A DNA stretch of 64,000 nt from Octopus sinensis (Eukaryota): the NCBI RefSeq assembly GCF_006345805.1, contig NC_043009.1, positions 9,114,001 through 9,178,000 on the forward strand, written 5' to 3'. This document shows, one piece after another, positions 38,069-49,440 of this stretch. Both the position numbers and the translations under genes were made by a program. Every line of letters begins with the position of its first letter. Position 1 is the stretch's first letter. Below the pieces are notes generated by a model. That model saw only the letters and a list, made by a program, of their open reading frames with translations, was not told the DNA's origin and did not search any database.

Positions 38069-38488
38069 AGGTGTAGGAGTGGCTGTGTGGTAAGTAGCTT
38101 GCTTACAAACCAAATGGTTCTGAGTTCAGTCCCACTGTGTGGTACCTTGGGCAAGTGTCTTCTACTATAGCCTCAGGCTGACCAAAGCCTTGTGAGTGGA
38201 TTTGGTAGACGGAAACTGAAAGAAGCCTGTCGTATATGTATATATATGTGTGTATGTATATGTGTGTGTATGTTTGTGTGTCTGTGTTTGTCCCCCCCAA
38301 CATCGCTTGACAACCGATGCTGGTGTGTTTACGTCCCCATAACTTAGCAGTTCGGTAAAAGAGACTGATAGAATAAATACCAGGCTTCCAAAGAATAAGT
38401 CCTGGGGTTGATTTGCTCGACTAAAGGTGGTGCTCCAGCATGGCCACAGTCAAATGACTGAAACAAGTAAAATGAGAATATAAAAAGA
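38069..38488 (+). mobile_element. SINE family A, full length
   Basis: Colinear with 28277-28695. Confidence 0.85.
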
Positions 38489-38623
38489 TATATATATATA
38501 TGTATATCACGTGACCGACCACTCCATCAGATGTAGTTACACATCGCTGGTCACAATGCGTTCGCATTGTTTTAGCCTTCGAATGAGGCCACCCCGCTGG
38601 CTAAGTGAGCAGGCCAATATATG

Positions 38624-38654
<31 letters not shown>

Positions 38655-38657
38655 GTA

Positions 38658-38698
<41 letters not shown>

Positions 38699-39289
38699 GA
38701 TTAATTGTATTATGTAATGATACATGTGAGTTGTTTATTCTGAAAAAGTAATTAAAAAGATCATGAAGAGGAAAATAACCATCCAACTATCTTACAGTTA
38801 CTTACCATATCAAACTTTAAAAGAACAGAATGCAAAGAAAATTTAGATAGGATTTGAACCTTGCTACTCAAGGCAGCATAACTATATTCCATTTATAAGC
38901 ATTTAATCTGGTTCTCCTTTACATAGCTTTTCCCTCTTTCAGCAAAATCCTTATCACCGAGTAACTCATTATTCAGGGTGTCCACAATGTCTGGGTACAT
39001 GGAGTAAATAAAATCAAAACATAAACAATTAAATATAAGAAATAATAATTTCTTAAAGTATGTGTTAATCCCCATGTACCCAGACTTTGTGGACACCCTG
39101 TATAACTAAATTTCTATTAACATTTAGATCCAAATGCTACTGATTGTGTTTAACAATACAACTCTCACATAAGAAAATAATAAGTACTTTTGCAACAAAG
39201 CTGGAGTCTTTACATTTCTTCTTGGTTATTAACCATTATTTTTTATGGTATTTACATATAAGAGAATAAGGTGTACGTACGCCGCAATA

Positions 39290-39600
39290 ATATATATGTA
39301 AAATACAAAATGGGACAAGAACGCAAAACATTCAGATAGAAGATACAAAAAACACGGACGGGTCATTCGAAGCCTCTAATCTTCAGTCAAGAACCGGATC
39401 ATCCTTGCAATTTCGGCTGATTAATCTTGAGATTGCTCCGATCTGGCCAGCCCCATGGAAAAACTAAGCTACGAGCATTAGATTTCTTGGAAAAAGGATC
39501 GAATGTATATGAAACAAGGACAGAAAAACGAATGATGTTACACGAATATAAATACAAGAAACAAAAAATATTTATTATGGTATATAGGATAGCACTAGGA
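39290..39600. mobile_element. Microsatellite-associated interspersed repeat (Penelope-LTR-like)
   Basis: Starts in atatatatg, A-rich, CpG-retaining, with architecture similar to the other units. Family not identified. Confidence 0.3.
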
Positions 39601-40421
39601 TTTATTACACTCACACATGTTTAAATATAGTATATAGTATAGTCATAGCCAGCACTGAATCGGGTGCACCTTTGATCAGAGATTTTCCAACTGCAGTTAT
39701 CCCATCTTTCGCAGATGTACAGAAGGCTGATAATGTACTTTTTTTTCCCAATAAATTAAGATGTAAATTGAGGGAGTTACAGCTATTTCTAGTGACCACA
39801 TTTAGGTTCCATTATTAGTTTGTAGAATATAAAGTTTTTTAAGGAAGAAATAAAATGAAGAATGGGATATCCGTGTTCTTTATGTCATATTCGTGGTCTT
39901 CCATAAACAACCTTGCCTGGGCTTGTGCCTCAAAGGAGAACTTTCTAGGTGCATTCCTATGGCCCTTACTCTTTACCTTTTATATCTGAATTAAAATATG
40001 AAATAGAAGAATCGAGTTGGAAGCAATATAAAACTTCATGGGTGATGGATTTTTCAGGTTAGTGAACAAGGTGTCTGACTCTTCTAACTAAACTTATTTT
40101 GAGGTTCACTTATTATTCAGTTAGCAAGCAAATTCCTGCCTTTTAGCTACAGAATATCAAGCGATTCTAATCTATGGAAGTTTAGTGGAATTAATGTTTA
40201 GTTTAAACTGTGAAAGGTTTGTGGTAGAAATGTAGAAATGGTAATGTGATAGACAAAACAACTTCATCATCATTAGCGTCACCATTTAATATCTATTTTC
40301 TTTGCTGGTTTGGGTTGAATGGTTCAACAGGAGCTGGTGAACAGGAGGACTGTGCCAAGCTCCAATGTCTGCTTTGATATGGTTTCTACAGCCAGGTACC
40401 CTTCCTAATGCCAATCACTTT

Positions 40422-40718
40422 ACATGGCCTAGTGGTTAGAGCAGTGGACTCGTGGTCGAGGGGTCACGGGTTCGAATCTCAGACCGGGCAATGTGTGTGT
40501 TTATGAGTGAAACACCTAAGCTCCATGCGGCTCTGACAGAAGGTAATGGTGAACTTCTGCTGACTCTTTTGCCACAACTTTCTTTCACTCTTTCCTCCTG
40601 CATCTTGCAGCTCACCTGCGACGGACTGGCACCCCATCCAGGTGGGAAACCTATATGCCAAGGAAACTGGGAAACCGGCCCTATGAGCCAGGCATGGCTT
40701 GAGAAGGAAACAAAAAGA
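40422..40718 (+). mobile_element. tRNA-derived V-domain-like SINE, family D
   Basis: Head catggcctagtggttagagc...gggttcgaatctc, cctgcgacggactggcaccccatccagg (V-SINE-like). TSD aatcacttt inside an RTE 3' UTR remnant. Confidence 0.8.
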
Positions 40719-41664
40719 AATCACTTTACTGCATGCATTTTATGCAGGCACCAGCACCAATGAGGTCACCAATTAACTTGTAAGACAAGTACCCCCCAAC
40801 TGTGGTAGATTTTAGCATTGGAGGAAGAGTCTTTATGCCAGATGATGAGAGTTTAAAGTATGATAGAGGCACAAGAACAGGTATCTTGCTGTTAGGGGAG
40901 ATACATGGTTCCCCAACTGAAAGAGAGAGAAGATGGTGGTGGGGATGTGTCAAGACATACCCTTCAGTTACAGGAAGGGTACAGTTAAGAGAAATTGTAC
41001 AGCGGATTGAACAGGGTGAGTGGGTAGGTAAGTTCAAGTGAGTATGGAAAGATAGTTTTTTGTGGTATGTAAATGATGGCTCTTTTCATTCTGAGTTCAA
41101 ATCTTGCCAAGGTTGACTTAACATTTCATTTGGTGGTGGGGAGAGATAAATATCAATTATATATCAGGATTAATTAACAAATTAAGTAATGCCCCCTATT
41201 CTTCCGCATTAAAAAAAAAAACAGATTTCTGGTCATGTGCCAATTTTGAAGTCAACATTCAATTTGGAATGTGGAAGGAGGTTAGTGATTAGAAGGAAAA
41301 AAATGAACAAGGAGCAAATTCTAACTTGTGCATTGGATAAATATATAATCTAAATTACTGATGTGTTAAATTACTTGCTGTTTCCTTGAAGGGTAATTTT
41401 CCCCTTAATCAGAAATGTGTTTCACGGAAGATTAGTTTACAAGCATCAAGTGATGCCAGTACACAAGCAAACACATGGACATACAAACATGTGCATGCAC
41501 ACAATTGACGAGCTACTTTCAGTTTTTGTATACAAAATCTCCTCACAAAGCTTCAGTCAACTCAGGGCTACGGTAAAAGACATTTGCCCAAAGTATTGTA
41601 CAGTGAAACTGAACCCAAGACTGCATGGTTGGGAAGCAAACTTCTTAACCACATAGCCACACAA

Positions 41665-42313
41665 GAGCACTCGGTTGGTTACGATGATGAGGGTCCCAGC
41701 TGATACGATCAACGGAACAGCCTGCTCATGAAATTAATGTGTAAGTGGCTGAGCACTCCACAAACACGTGTACCCTTTATGTAGTTCTCGGAGAGATTCA
41801 GCATGATACAGAGTATGACAAGGCTGGTCCTTTGAAATACTCATCATCATCATTGTTCGCCCGTGGTCGAGACAATGGAATTTACCATGTTACGCCAGAC
41901 TTCACAGTCCATCATAGCATTACGGAGGTCCTGTTGCTGGATGCCTGTATCCCTGGAGATTACATCAGGGTAGAAGAGTGTGCGCCCTCTGGTATCACGA
42001 GCAGATGGCTTCCAGAGGAGAAGAGTAGAAATTACCTCGTTTTCAGGTCTACAACAATGTCCAGCAAACTGGACTCTCCTACCTTTCACAAGAGATGATA
42101 CAGGTGGTAATTTCCCATATATTTGTACTTTGGTTGGATGACGCTTCCACGAGAGATTTTGAAATACAGGTACTACTCATTTTTGCCAGCTGAGTGGACT
42201 GGAGCAACGTGAAATTAAGTGTCTTGCTCAAGGACACAACACGCCACCAGGTATTGAACTCGTAACCTTATAATTGTGAGCCGAATGCCCTACTCACTAA
42301 GCCACGTGCCCTC
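41665..42313 (-). mobile_element. SINE with family C head, interrupted by an RTE insertion
   Basis: Pieces 41665-41840 and 42158-42313 rejoin across the tttgaaatac TSD. Confidence 0.7.
41841..42157 (-). mobile_element. RTE-type LINE 3' end (different family) inserted in a SINE
   Basis: GRRVQFAGHC...ISRDTGIQQQDLRNAMMDCEVWRNMV with a (GAT)n tail. TSD tttgaaatac at 41831-41840 and 42158-42167. Confidence 0.8.
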
Positions 42314-42479
42314 ACAATAGCCACACATATGTCTATTATAGTAATCATCATCATCATCATCATCATCATCATTATCACCATCATCATCATTTAACGTTTG
42401 TTTTCTATGTTTTGGCATGTTTTCTATGGCTAGATGACCATTCTAATGCCAACCAGTTTATAGAGTGTACTGGGTGCTT

Positions 42480-42660
42480 TTTATGTGTCACCAGGACAGG
42501 TGTTTTACATGTGGCACCAGCACAGGTGTTTCATATGTGGCACCAGCACAGGTGCTTTATATGTGGAACCAGCATGGCTGCTTACCATGTAGCACTGACA
42601 CAGGAGCTTTTTACATGGCTCCGAATGTGTGCTTTTCTATGTGGCACCAGCACGGGCCTA
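42480..42660. repeat. Degenerate 26-bp tandem array derived from the RTE module
   Basis: About six units of atgtggcaccagcacaggtgttttac. Confidence 0.7.
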
Positions 42661-42676
42661 GTAAATAAATAATTAT

Positions 42677-43094
42677 GGATCTTTTCTGTTTGAACGGCAG
42701 TTTTTAACATAATTTCTAGGTAACTAAAAAATGTTAAACTTCGTATACTGGTAGAATGTGTTTATAAAACATCTTTTTCTCTTGGCTTTATTGAGAAAAT
42801 TCTATAGTTTGTAAGATATTTGTTGGTTTTTTTTCTTCAATTTCTGCAATTTCAACCAATCACTGATGTCTATTGAAGTAAAAAAACATTCTGTGCCATA
42901 TGAATATGTCCCTTGTTTAAGAAACAGATTGGGTTTATTTACATTTGTGAAGAAAAAAAGATATCCTTCCCCCACCCCTAACCCTAACCCTAAAATAGAT
43001 TGACATGCAATAGATCGATACTAGGGTCATAATTATGGTTGACAATTTCATATGACACCGCTAAAAAAAACTGCCGTTCAAACCGCAAAGATCC
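42677..43094. mobile_element. Merlin-like MITE
   Basis: Same TIRs, perfect 8-bp TSD ataattat, internal ccctaaccctaaccctaa. Confidence 0.8.
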
Positions 43095-43145
43095 ATAATT
43101 ATATTTCTCTACAATAAGTTTGTTTTCTACCCTTTTTCTTTTCAG

Positions 43146-43279
43146 CTTTCTCCAGTTGCATATAAACCATTTGTGCTTAGGAACATTCAGCAGGTGACAA
43201 AAGACAGCTTTTGCTACCGCTTCTGTGCACCCACTGAGCATCCTCTTAATATTAATCTGGGGCAGCATGTTATTCTCAG
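43146..43279 (+). CDS. CYB5RL: CYB5RL coding exon 2 (start of FAD-binding domain)
   Basis: Acceptor ctttttcttttcag|, donor ctcag|gtatct. 134 nt, phase 0 to 2. LSPVAYKPFVLRNIQQVTKDSFCYRFCAPTEHPLNINLGQHVIL(R) parallels the recalled human segment LNPETFVAF...TKDTYRVRFALP...LGLRPGQHLILR. Confidence 0.92.
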
Positions 43280-44827
43280 GTATCTCTCAATTACTATTTT
43301 ATCTTTACCTTTTACACACAAAGTTTAATGAAAGAAATATTTGTTTTATTTTTTTTTTTCTAAAATATATTAAAGAACTTTCCTTCGTAGATTTTTCTTG
43401 TTATTTTTTAGTTCCAGATGGAAGGGAGAGGGGCTGTCTCCATAGTTAAAAAAAAACCTTCTAGACAAAATGATAAAAATAATTGATTGAGTTTAATGTA
43501 ATCGATATTCACTTTGAAGTGTGTAACTGGAGGGAAAACATGAGCAAGGAAGAAATTTTAGAAATCTGTTCAGAAATAACAATAAGAGCAATAACAGTAT
43601 TGATATAAGCACAGGGCCAAAAATTTAGGAGAAGGGGAGAATCAATAAGTTCAACCTCAGTATATTGATCGTGGCAGCACAAAAGGCAGAGTTTGGTGAT
43701 AGGAAGGGCATGTGGTCATTGAGAAAAAATTTGCCCCAATGAATTCCATCTGACCCATGCAAGCATGGAGGTGTGGACATTAAAAACAATGATGATGATG
43801 GTGGTGGTGGTGGTGATAATGTTAATTTTACCTAACTGCATGTTCTTCATGAAGAAGATGACCCTGAGAAATTTAAGCTGTCATTATTGAGTGTAAACAT
43901 GGTCTGCAATTAAGTGATTTTGTTGCTAGGAATAGCAAAGATGTATGGAAAGAGCTGTCATAGAATCCAAGTGTTTTTCAGGAATAAAAAACAAAAACAT
44001 TATTGATAGAAAGCCAATCCACTTCCATCAAAATATATCAGAATTGATGTATGTTTGTTTTTTGTTTTTTGTATTCTTCGGAGAATTTTGAATGACTGTT
44101 TTAATGATAGGACTTTCCTCCACTTGTTTTCCTGGTAAAGATGTGGGAATGTTCATTCCATCTATTTACAACTGATACATTCAAATGTCACATAAACCAC
44201 CTGCTTTTTTTTGTGATTTATAAATTTCCTTTGTCTCAGCTGCCAACACTAGAAATTAATGTGATTTGAAATGAATTGAATTCGTATTTATTATTATCTT
44301 CACATCTTACTATTTAACAAATCTTGATGTTCAACATTTGTGAAATATCTAATTTTATTATTGTACTTGGCCATACTATTTGATTATCATAGCTGTTGAA
44401 TTTACTCATTATACTTAACTAATGCAATTAATGGATTTGACTATCAGCAATACAATAAATTTACTTAATGACTTTATTTCAAAATTGTATGCATTTTTGT
44501 TTCTACTGAAGCATTTTCATAACTACACACTACATAGAAATGTATTCACTTGTAAATGTAATAAATCCTTAGAATAGAAAATAAACTCTCTACAAACTAA
44601 GTCTCCATCACATTTTCAATTCCAATATGAAATACGGATGTTGAAATATATTTTGCAATTGCTTCAGCAAGGAAGACTTTAATTGTAAGAACATAAGATT
44701 AATAATGTTGTGAATTGTTATTTGGTTCCAAGTCAGCTCTGATTGAGTAGAGCTATCATCAAAAGGTTTGCCCTAGGTATGACGGTATGACATTAAACTG
44801 CATCTGGTGGTGAGGCTCCAGTTTGGA

Positions 44828-45152
44828 ACATTATTTACATTCAACGGATATTTGTCCTCATCTTGTTTGTTAACACAACGTTTCAGCTGATATACCCTCC
44901 AGCCTTCATCAGGTGTCTTGGGGGAAATTTCGAACCTGGGTTCTCATTCCTAAGGTATTTTTCGATGTTATTATTATTATTATTGTTATTGTTCAGGTCA
45001 CTGCTTAGAATTGAACTCGGAATCTTGGGGTTAGTAGCCTGCGCTCTTAACCACTACACCATATGCCTGTTGTGTTGACAACAAACAAGATGAGGACAAA
45101 TATCCATCGAATGTAAATAATGTACATAATTCCTCATTTCTTAAATATAGAA
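44828..45152 (-). mobile_element. tRNA-headed SINE-like element with minimal hammerhead ribozyme, plus inverted tail copy
   Basis: Minus strand: tRNA-like head 45067-44995 (A box tggtgtagtgg, B box gagttcaattc), (AAT)n, body, hammerhead, tail. A + strand copy of the tail lies at 45069-45152. Confidence 0.8.
44872..44917 (-). ncRNA. Minimal type I hammerhead ribozyme (Penelope-type, predicted to act as a dimer)
   Basis: Reads gacac-CUGAUGA-a-ggcug gagggUAUAU cagcu-GAAAC-GUU-guguu. Stem I gacac/guguu, stem II ggcug/cagcu, stem III reduced to palindromic ACGU, cleavage triplet GUU. Confidence 0.7.
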
Positions 45153-45518
45153 GCTCCAGTCTAGAAGTTCTGGAGTTGCAGGAAGTGTGAAATAATCTCT
45201 TAATTACCATTATTCCCAGGGCTGTACTGACATGGAACAGTAATACTTGTCAGGGTCCCATCTATGAGTTAAGTACATTTTTCTAAGGGCAGATTGAGCT
45301 CTTTAGCTGCAGTGAAGGCAGTCAATGCAGGAGAAGGAAATCACAAAAACTAATAACCCTTTCTAACATACTTTGAGCCAGCACAAAGGAGAATGGCTGA
45401 TAAAATTAACTTGAGATTTGTCTAACAATACAGATTGATATTATGGAGACAACTACGAGCTCCTGTTAATGTGCATTCTATCACATGCAGAGATAGTAGG
45501 AATTGATGATAAATAATA

Positions 45519-46290
45519 ATAATAATAATAATGAAATTATTGTATACAGTGCTCATGTGCACCACAACTTGTCAAAAGTGCATATAAAGCATATGCAGTA
45601 ATGTACAAATGTCTGGGAAGTGAACAGTGTATGAGTCAGATATATTCTTGCATGTGTATGGAGGGGAGAAAATCAGGTGTAGTGTTGGTGAATCTCAGGA
45701 AGCATGGAAGTTTTGAAGGATGCAGTGCTCCGACAACTAACAACTGATGCCGGCAGTTTGTTCCATGCTTCAGCAACTCTTAGCGTGAAAAAATGTTTCC
45801 GAAAGTCATGGGAGCTATGCGGTTTTCTGACTTTGTAAACATGTCCACGGGTGGTGTTCCAGTCATGACCAACAAAAAGGCTGTTTGTATATCTAGGATT
45901 ATAACTGTTCAGCATGTCCTTTTTTAAATGGCCCAACTGACCATGGATTTCAGATATTTTTGACTCTTGGTCATAATACTAACCAAAAAAGAATTTGGTT
46001 AGAATTCTGACCAAGAGTTAGCATGCCAGTAGAAAGGATCACAAGACAGATTCTTAAAGCTGAGTCAGTTTGCAAGAGACCTAGGAGTAGACTACAAGTA
46101 AGATGGTTGGACAATATCCATAGTCTCACTTGGGAATCCAGCTGGAAAGTGTAATAGTTTTGATAGACTCCTATGGGAGAGATAGTTGAGGATTCTACCT
46201 CCATGACCCACCTAGGTTTTGTGTTTGTGAAAATGGATGGAGAGATGGTCAGAACTGTGTTGGTGTTAGAAGTTTTAAAAAAAGACACCC
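45519..46290 (-). mobile_element. CR1-type LINE 3' fragment
   Basis: TTRGHVYKVRKPHSSHDFRKHFFTLRVAEAWNKLPASVVSC...SFK is a CR1 ORF2 C-terminus. (ATT)n tail at about 45519-45535. Confidence 0.8.
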
Positions 46291-46976
46291 ACTGCCCATC
46301 TTCTGGTTTTGATGGGTGCTATTGCAAGAAAGACTAACTCCAACAATACTACAAAAATATTCTTTTATTCGTTTCATTCATTAGACTGCAGCCATGCAAG
46401 GGTGCTGCCTTGAAGGATTTTAGTCAAACGAATCGACCCCCAGTATTTATTTTTAAGTCTGGTACTTATTCTATCAGAGTGTTTTGCCAAACTGCTAAGT
46501 TATGGGGGACATAAACACACCAACACTGGCTGTCAAGTAGTGGTGAGAGAGAGAGAGACACACACACACACACATGTGATAGGCCCAGATATTTTCTCAA
46601 TTTGATTTAGTTCTTTTAGTCTTTACTGGCCAGAACTGAATATACTTGGCTCTACGCATGTGCACTTGAGGCACGGTAACTGAGTCAGCTTGTTTTTGAC
46701 AATGGGGCACTTTCCAGAACTCTTCACATGTGTAATTTACACATTTTAAAAATTTTTACTGGCCAGTAGAAAGAGGTTGCAAGAACTGATTTGCATATCA
46801 TTAGTGTGATTATCACCTGCTAAAATCCAATCAGCACAATGAATATAAAACTTCAATACCAACATAACTTAGGTACTTCAAAGAAAGATAGTTGAGAAAA
46901 TTTCGGAAGCAAGTGTTACAGAGTTAAGTATCCCCTTTTTGCATCACCCCCTCAACAGTAGCATTAGTATAGTACT

Positions 46977-47269
46977 TGTTATTTGTTCCTTCTCGAGCCA
47001 TGCCTGGCTCATAGGGCTGGTTTCCTGGTTTGCTTGGTGTATAGGTTTCCCACCTGGATGGGACTCCGGTCCGTCGCAGGTGAGCTGCCAGATGCTGGAG
47101 GAAAGAGTGAGAGAAAGTTGTGGCGAAAGAGTCAACAGAAGTTCGCCATTACCTTCTGCCGGAGCCGCATGGAGCTTAGGTGTTTCACTCATAAACACAC
47201 ATACATCGCCTGATCTGAGATTCAAACCTGCGATCCCTCGACTGCGAGTCCACTAGGCCATGTGCCTTC
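46977..47269 (-). mobile_element. SINE family D
   Basis: Reverse complement of 40422-40718. Ends about 155 bp upstream of CYB5RL exon 3. Confidence 0.8.
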
Positions 47270-47423
47270 ACAGTATAGTACTTACTTTTCAGTTAAGTCT
47301 ATAGTTAAGAAAGAAATTATGACCTAGTTAGAAAATGTTGAACACTACAATTTATTATCAATTGTGAAAAAAAGTATTTTATTCTATGAGAAATTTTAAC
47401 TCCCTTTAAAATATTGTTTGAAG

Positions 47424-47511
47424 GGCCACTCTGCAAGGGGAAGAGATATTTCGTCAATATACACCAATCAGTGATATGGAAGCACCTGGTTATTTTGATC
47501 TTCTTATCAAG
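47424..47511 (+). CDS. CYB5RL: CYB5RL coding exon 3 (RxYTPIS flavin-binding motif)
   Basis: Acceptor ttgtttgaag|, donor aag|gtgagt. 88 nt, phase 2 to 0. (R)ATLQGEEIFRQYTPISDMEAPGYFDLLIK contains the FNR-family R-x-Y-T-P-I-S motif and joins exon 2 in frame. Confidence 0.93.
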
Positions 47512-47814
47512 GTGAGTTAAATGCTTTTATCATCCCAATTGTCTTCTACATCACATTTGTCACCTTTGCTGAATAATTTATTGTTGTACTAACTTTTCTA
47601 CATGACCTTTGATAACCTCTGTTGCGTGACCTTTGCCATACAACTTTCCTCTACACATCATCATTGCTATACAATCTTTACTTATACATCAACCACTTTT
47701 GCCATACATTAGAAAGTGACATTGCAAAAACACATCCACCTGTCGGTGTATTGCAATGTACACCTGTATGCTTACTGGAGAAACCTAAGTATGTAGATGA
47801 ATGTTATAGCCTCC

Positions 47815-48062
47815 TTGTCCTCGTCCTCCTCCTCTTCTTCTTCCCCCTCCTCGTCCTCATCCTCATCCTCGTCCTCATCCTCATCCTCGTCCTTGTCCTC
47901 CGCCTCTTCCACCTCCTCCTCCTCATCCTCGTCCTTCACTTCCTCCTCATCCTCGTCCTCCTCATCTTCATCCTCCTCCTCCTCCCCCTCGTCCTCATGC
48001 TCCTCCTCCTTCTCGTTGGCCTCCCCCTCCTCCACCACCACTGCCACCACTACCTCCTCTTC
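47815..48062. repeat. (TCC/TCA/TCG)n trinucleotide tract
   Basis: Read directly from the sequence. Lies about 300 bp into CYB5RL intron 3. Confidence 0.9.
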
Positions 48063-48366
48063 CCCCCCAGTCGTCGTTTCCCATACTTGTATGGGTTGGA
48101 CAGAATTTGCTGAGGCAAATTTTCAATGGCTGGATGCCCTTCCTCTTGCCAACCCTTACCTGTTTCTGAGTAAGGTAATATTTCCATGTGGCTGGGCATG
48201 ATTTTCATGGAAGGTTGCAAACAAAGGACACTGTTTGTATGATGGTGACACTCATTTACAACAATCATGCTATGTCAGGGGAAAGAGACACAAATACACA
48301 CACACACATGCACACACATGCACACATAAGGTAAAAACCTCGCTTCAGCCATGAATGACAATGGGA

Positions 48367-48467
48367 TTGGGGAAATTTCGAACTGGGTTCTCATTCCTAA
48401 GGTATTTTTCAATGTTATTATTATTATTATTATTATATATTATTATCATTCCTAAGGTATTTTTCAA

Positions 48468-48506
<39 letters not shown>

Positions 48507-48730
48507 CATTATTATTATTATTATTATTGTTCAGGTCACTGCTTGGAATTGAACTCAGAATCTTGGGATTAGTAGCCCATGCTCTTAATCACGGGCATAT
48601 GGTGCAGTGGTTAAGAGCGCAGGCTACTAACCCCAAGATTCTGAGTTCGATTCCAAGCAGTGACCTGAACAGCAACAACAACAACAATAATAATAATAAT
48701 GTTGAAAAATACCTTAGAAATGAGCACACA
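48367..48730. mobile_element. Head-to-head inverted dimer of the same SINE, both arms ending before the hammerhead
   Basis: Minus copy ends 5' at 48592 with a shortened head. Plus copy starts gggcatatggtgcagtgg at 48593. Internal duplication of tcattcctaaggtatttttcaatgtt. Confidence 0.75.
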
Positions 48731-48994
48731 GGAATAGTAGAAAGACAATTGCCTATGGGTGGCACACAATGGAACTAAATCAAACGTTCATGAATTGGTG
48801 ATAGAATGTAGAATGAAGGAGTCTACAGGAGGAGAAACAAAAAAGATTAAACCTGAAGTTTTTAAAACAAAATAGTTTGATTTCACCGATAACCCAGAAA
48901 TTAGATGTTATATCGCAAAAATCACTTTGCTTTTACTGTTAGAGAAAAACTGGTAGTGGTGGTTGTGGGGGTCCTACTACTGCTGCTGTTGTTG

Positions 48995-49440
48995 CTAAAA
49001 CTACCACCACCACCACCACCACCACCACCACCATCACCACCACTACCACCACCACTACAACCATCACCACCACCACTGCAACCATCACCACCACCATCAC
49101 CACCACCACCACCACCACCACCACCACCACCACCACCATCACCACTACCACCACCACTACAACCATCACCACCACCACTGCAACCATCACCACCACCATC
49201 ACCACCACCACCACCACCACCACCACCACCACCACCACCACCATCACCACTACCACCACCACTACAACCATCACCACCACCACTGCAACCATCACCACCA
49301 CCATCACCACCACCACCACCACCACCATCACCACCACCACTACCACCACCACTACAACCATCACGGTGGCTGCTACCACTGTCACCACCACTGCTGTTGC
49401 CACTACCACTACCACTGCTGCCATTGCCACCACTACTACT
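48995..49440. repeat. (CCA)n-based compound repeat with a higher-order unit of about 100 bp
   Basis: The cca/cta/caa/tca/ctg variant pattern recurs three times plus a partial copy. Confidence 0.9.

Noticed and set aside
39362-39400. CUGAAGA...CGAAUGA hammerhead-like motif on the minus strand
   Set aside because: No stem II, and the GAAA motif is incomplete.
44995-45067. tRNA gene calls for SINE heads (also 25805, 40422, 48593)
   Set aside because: A and B boxes are present, but the acceptor stems do not close and each head continues into a SINE body.
47622-48201. Poly-Glu/Asp, poly-Ser and poly-Leu ORFs
   Set aside because: Artefact of a trinucleotide tract in three frames.
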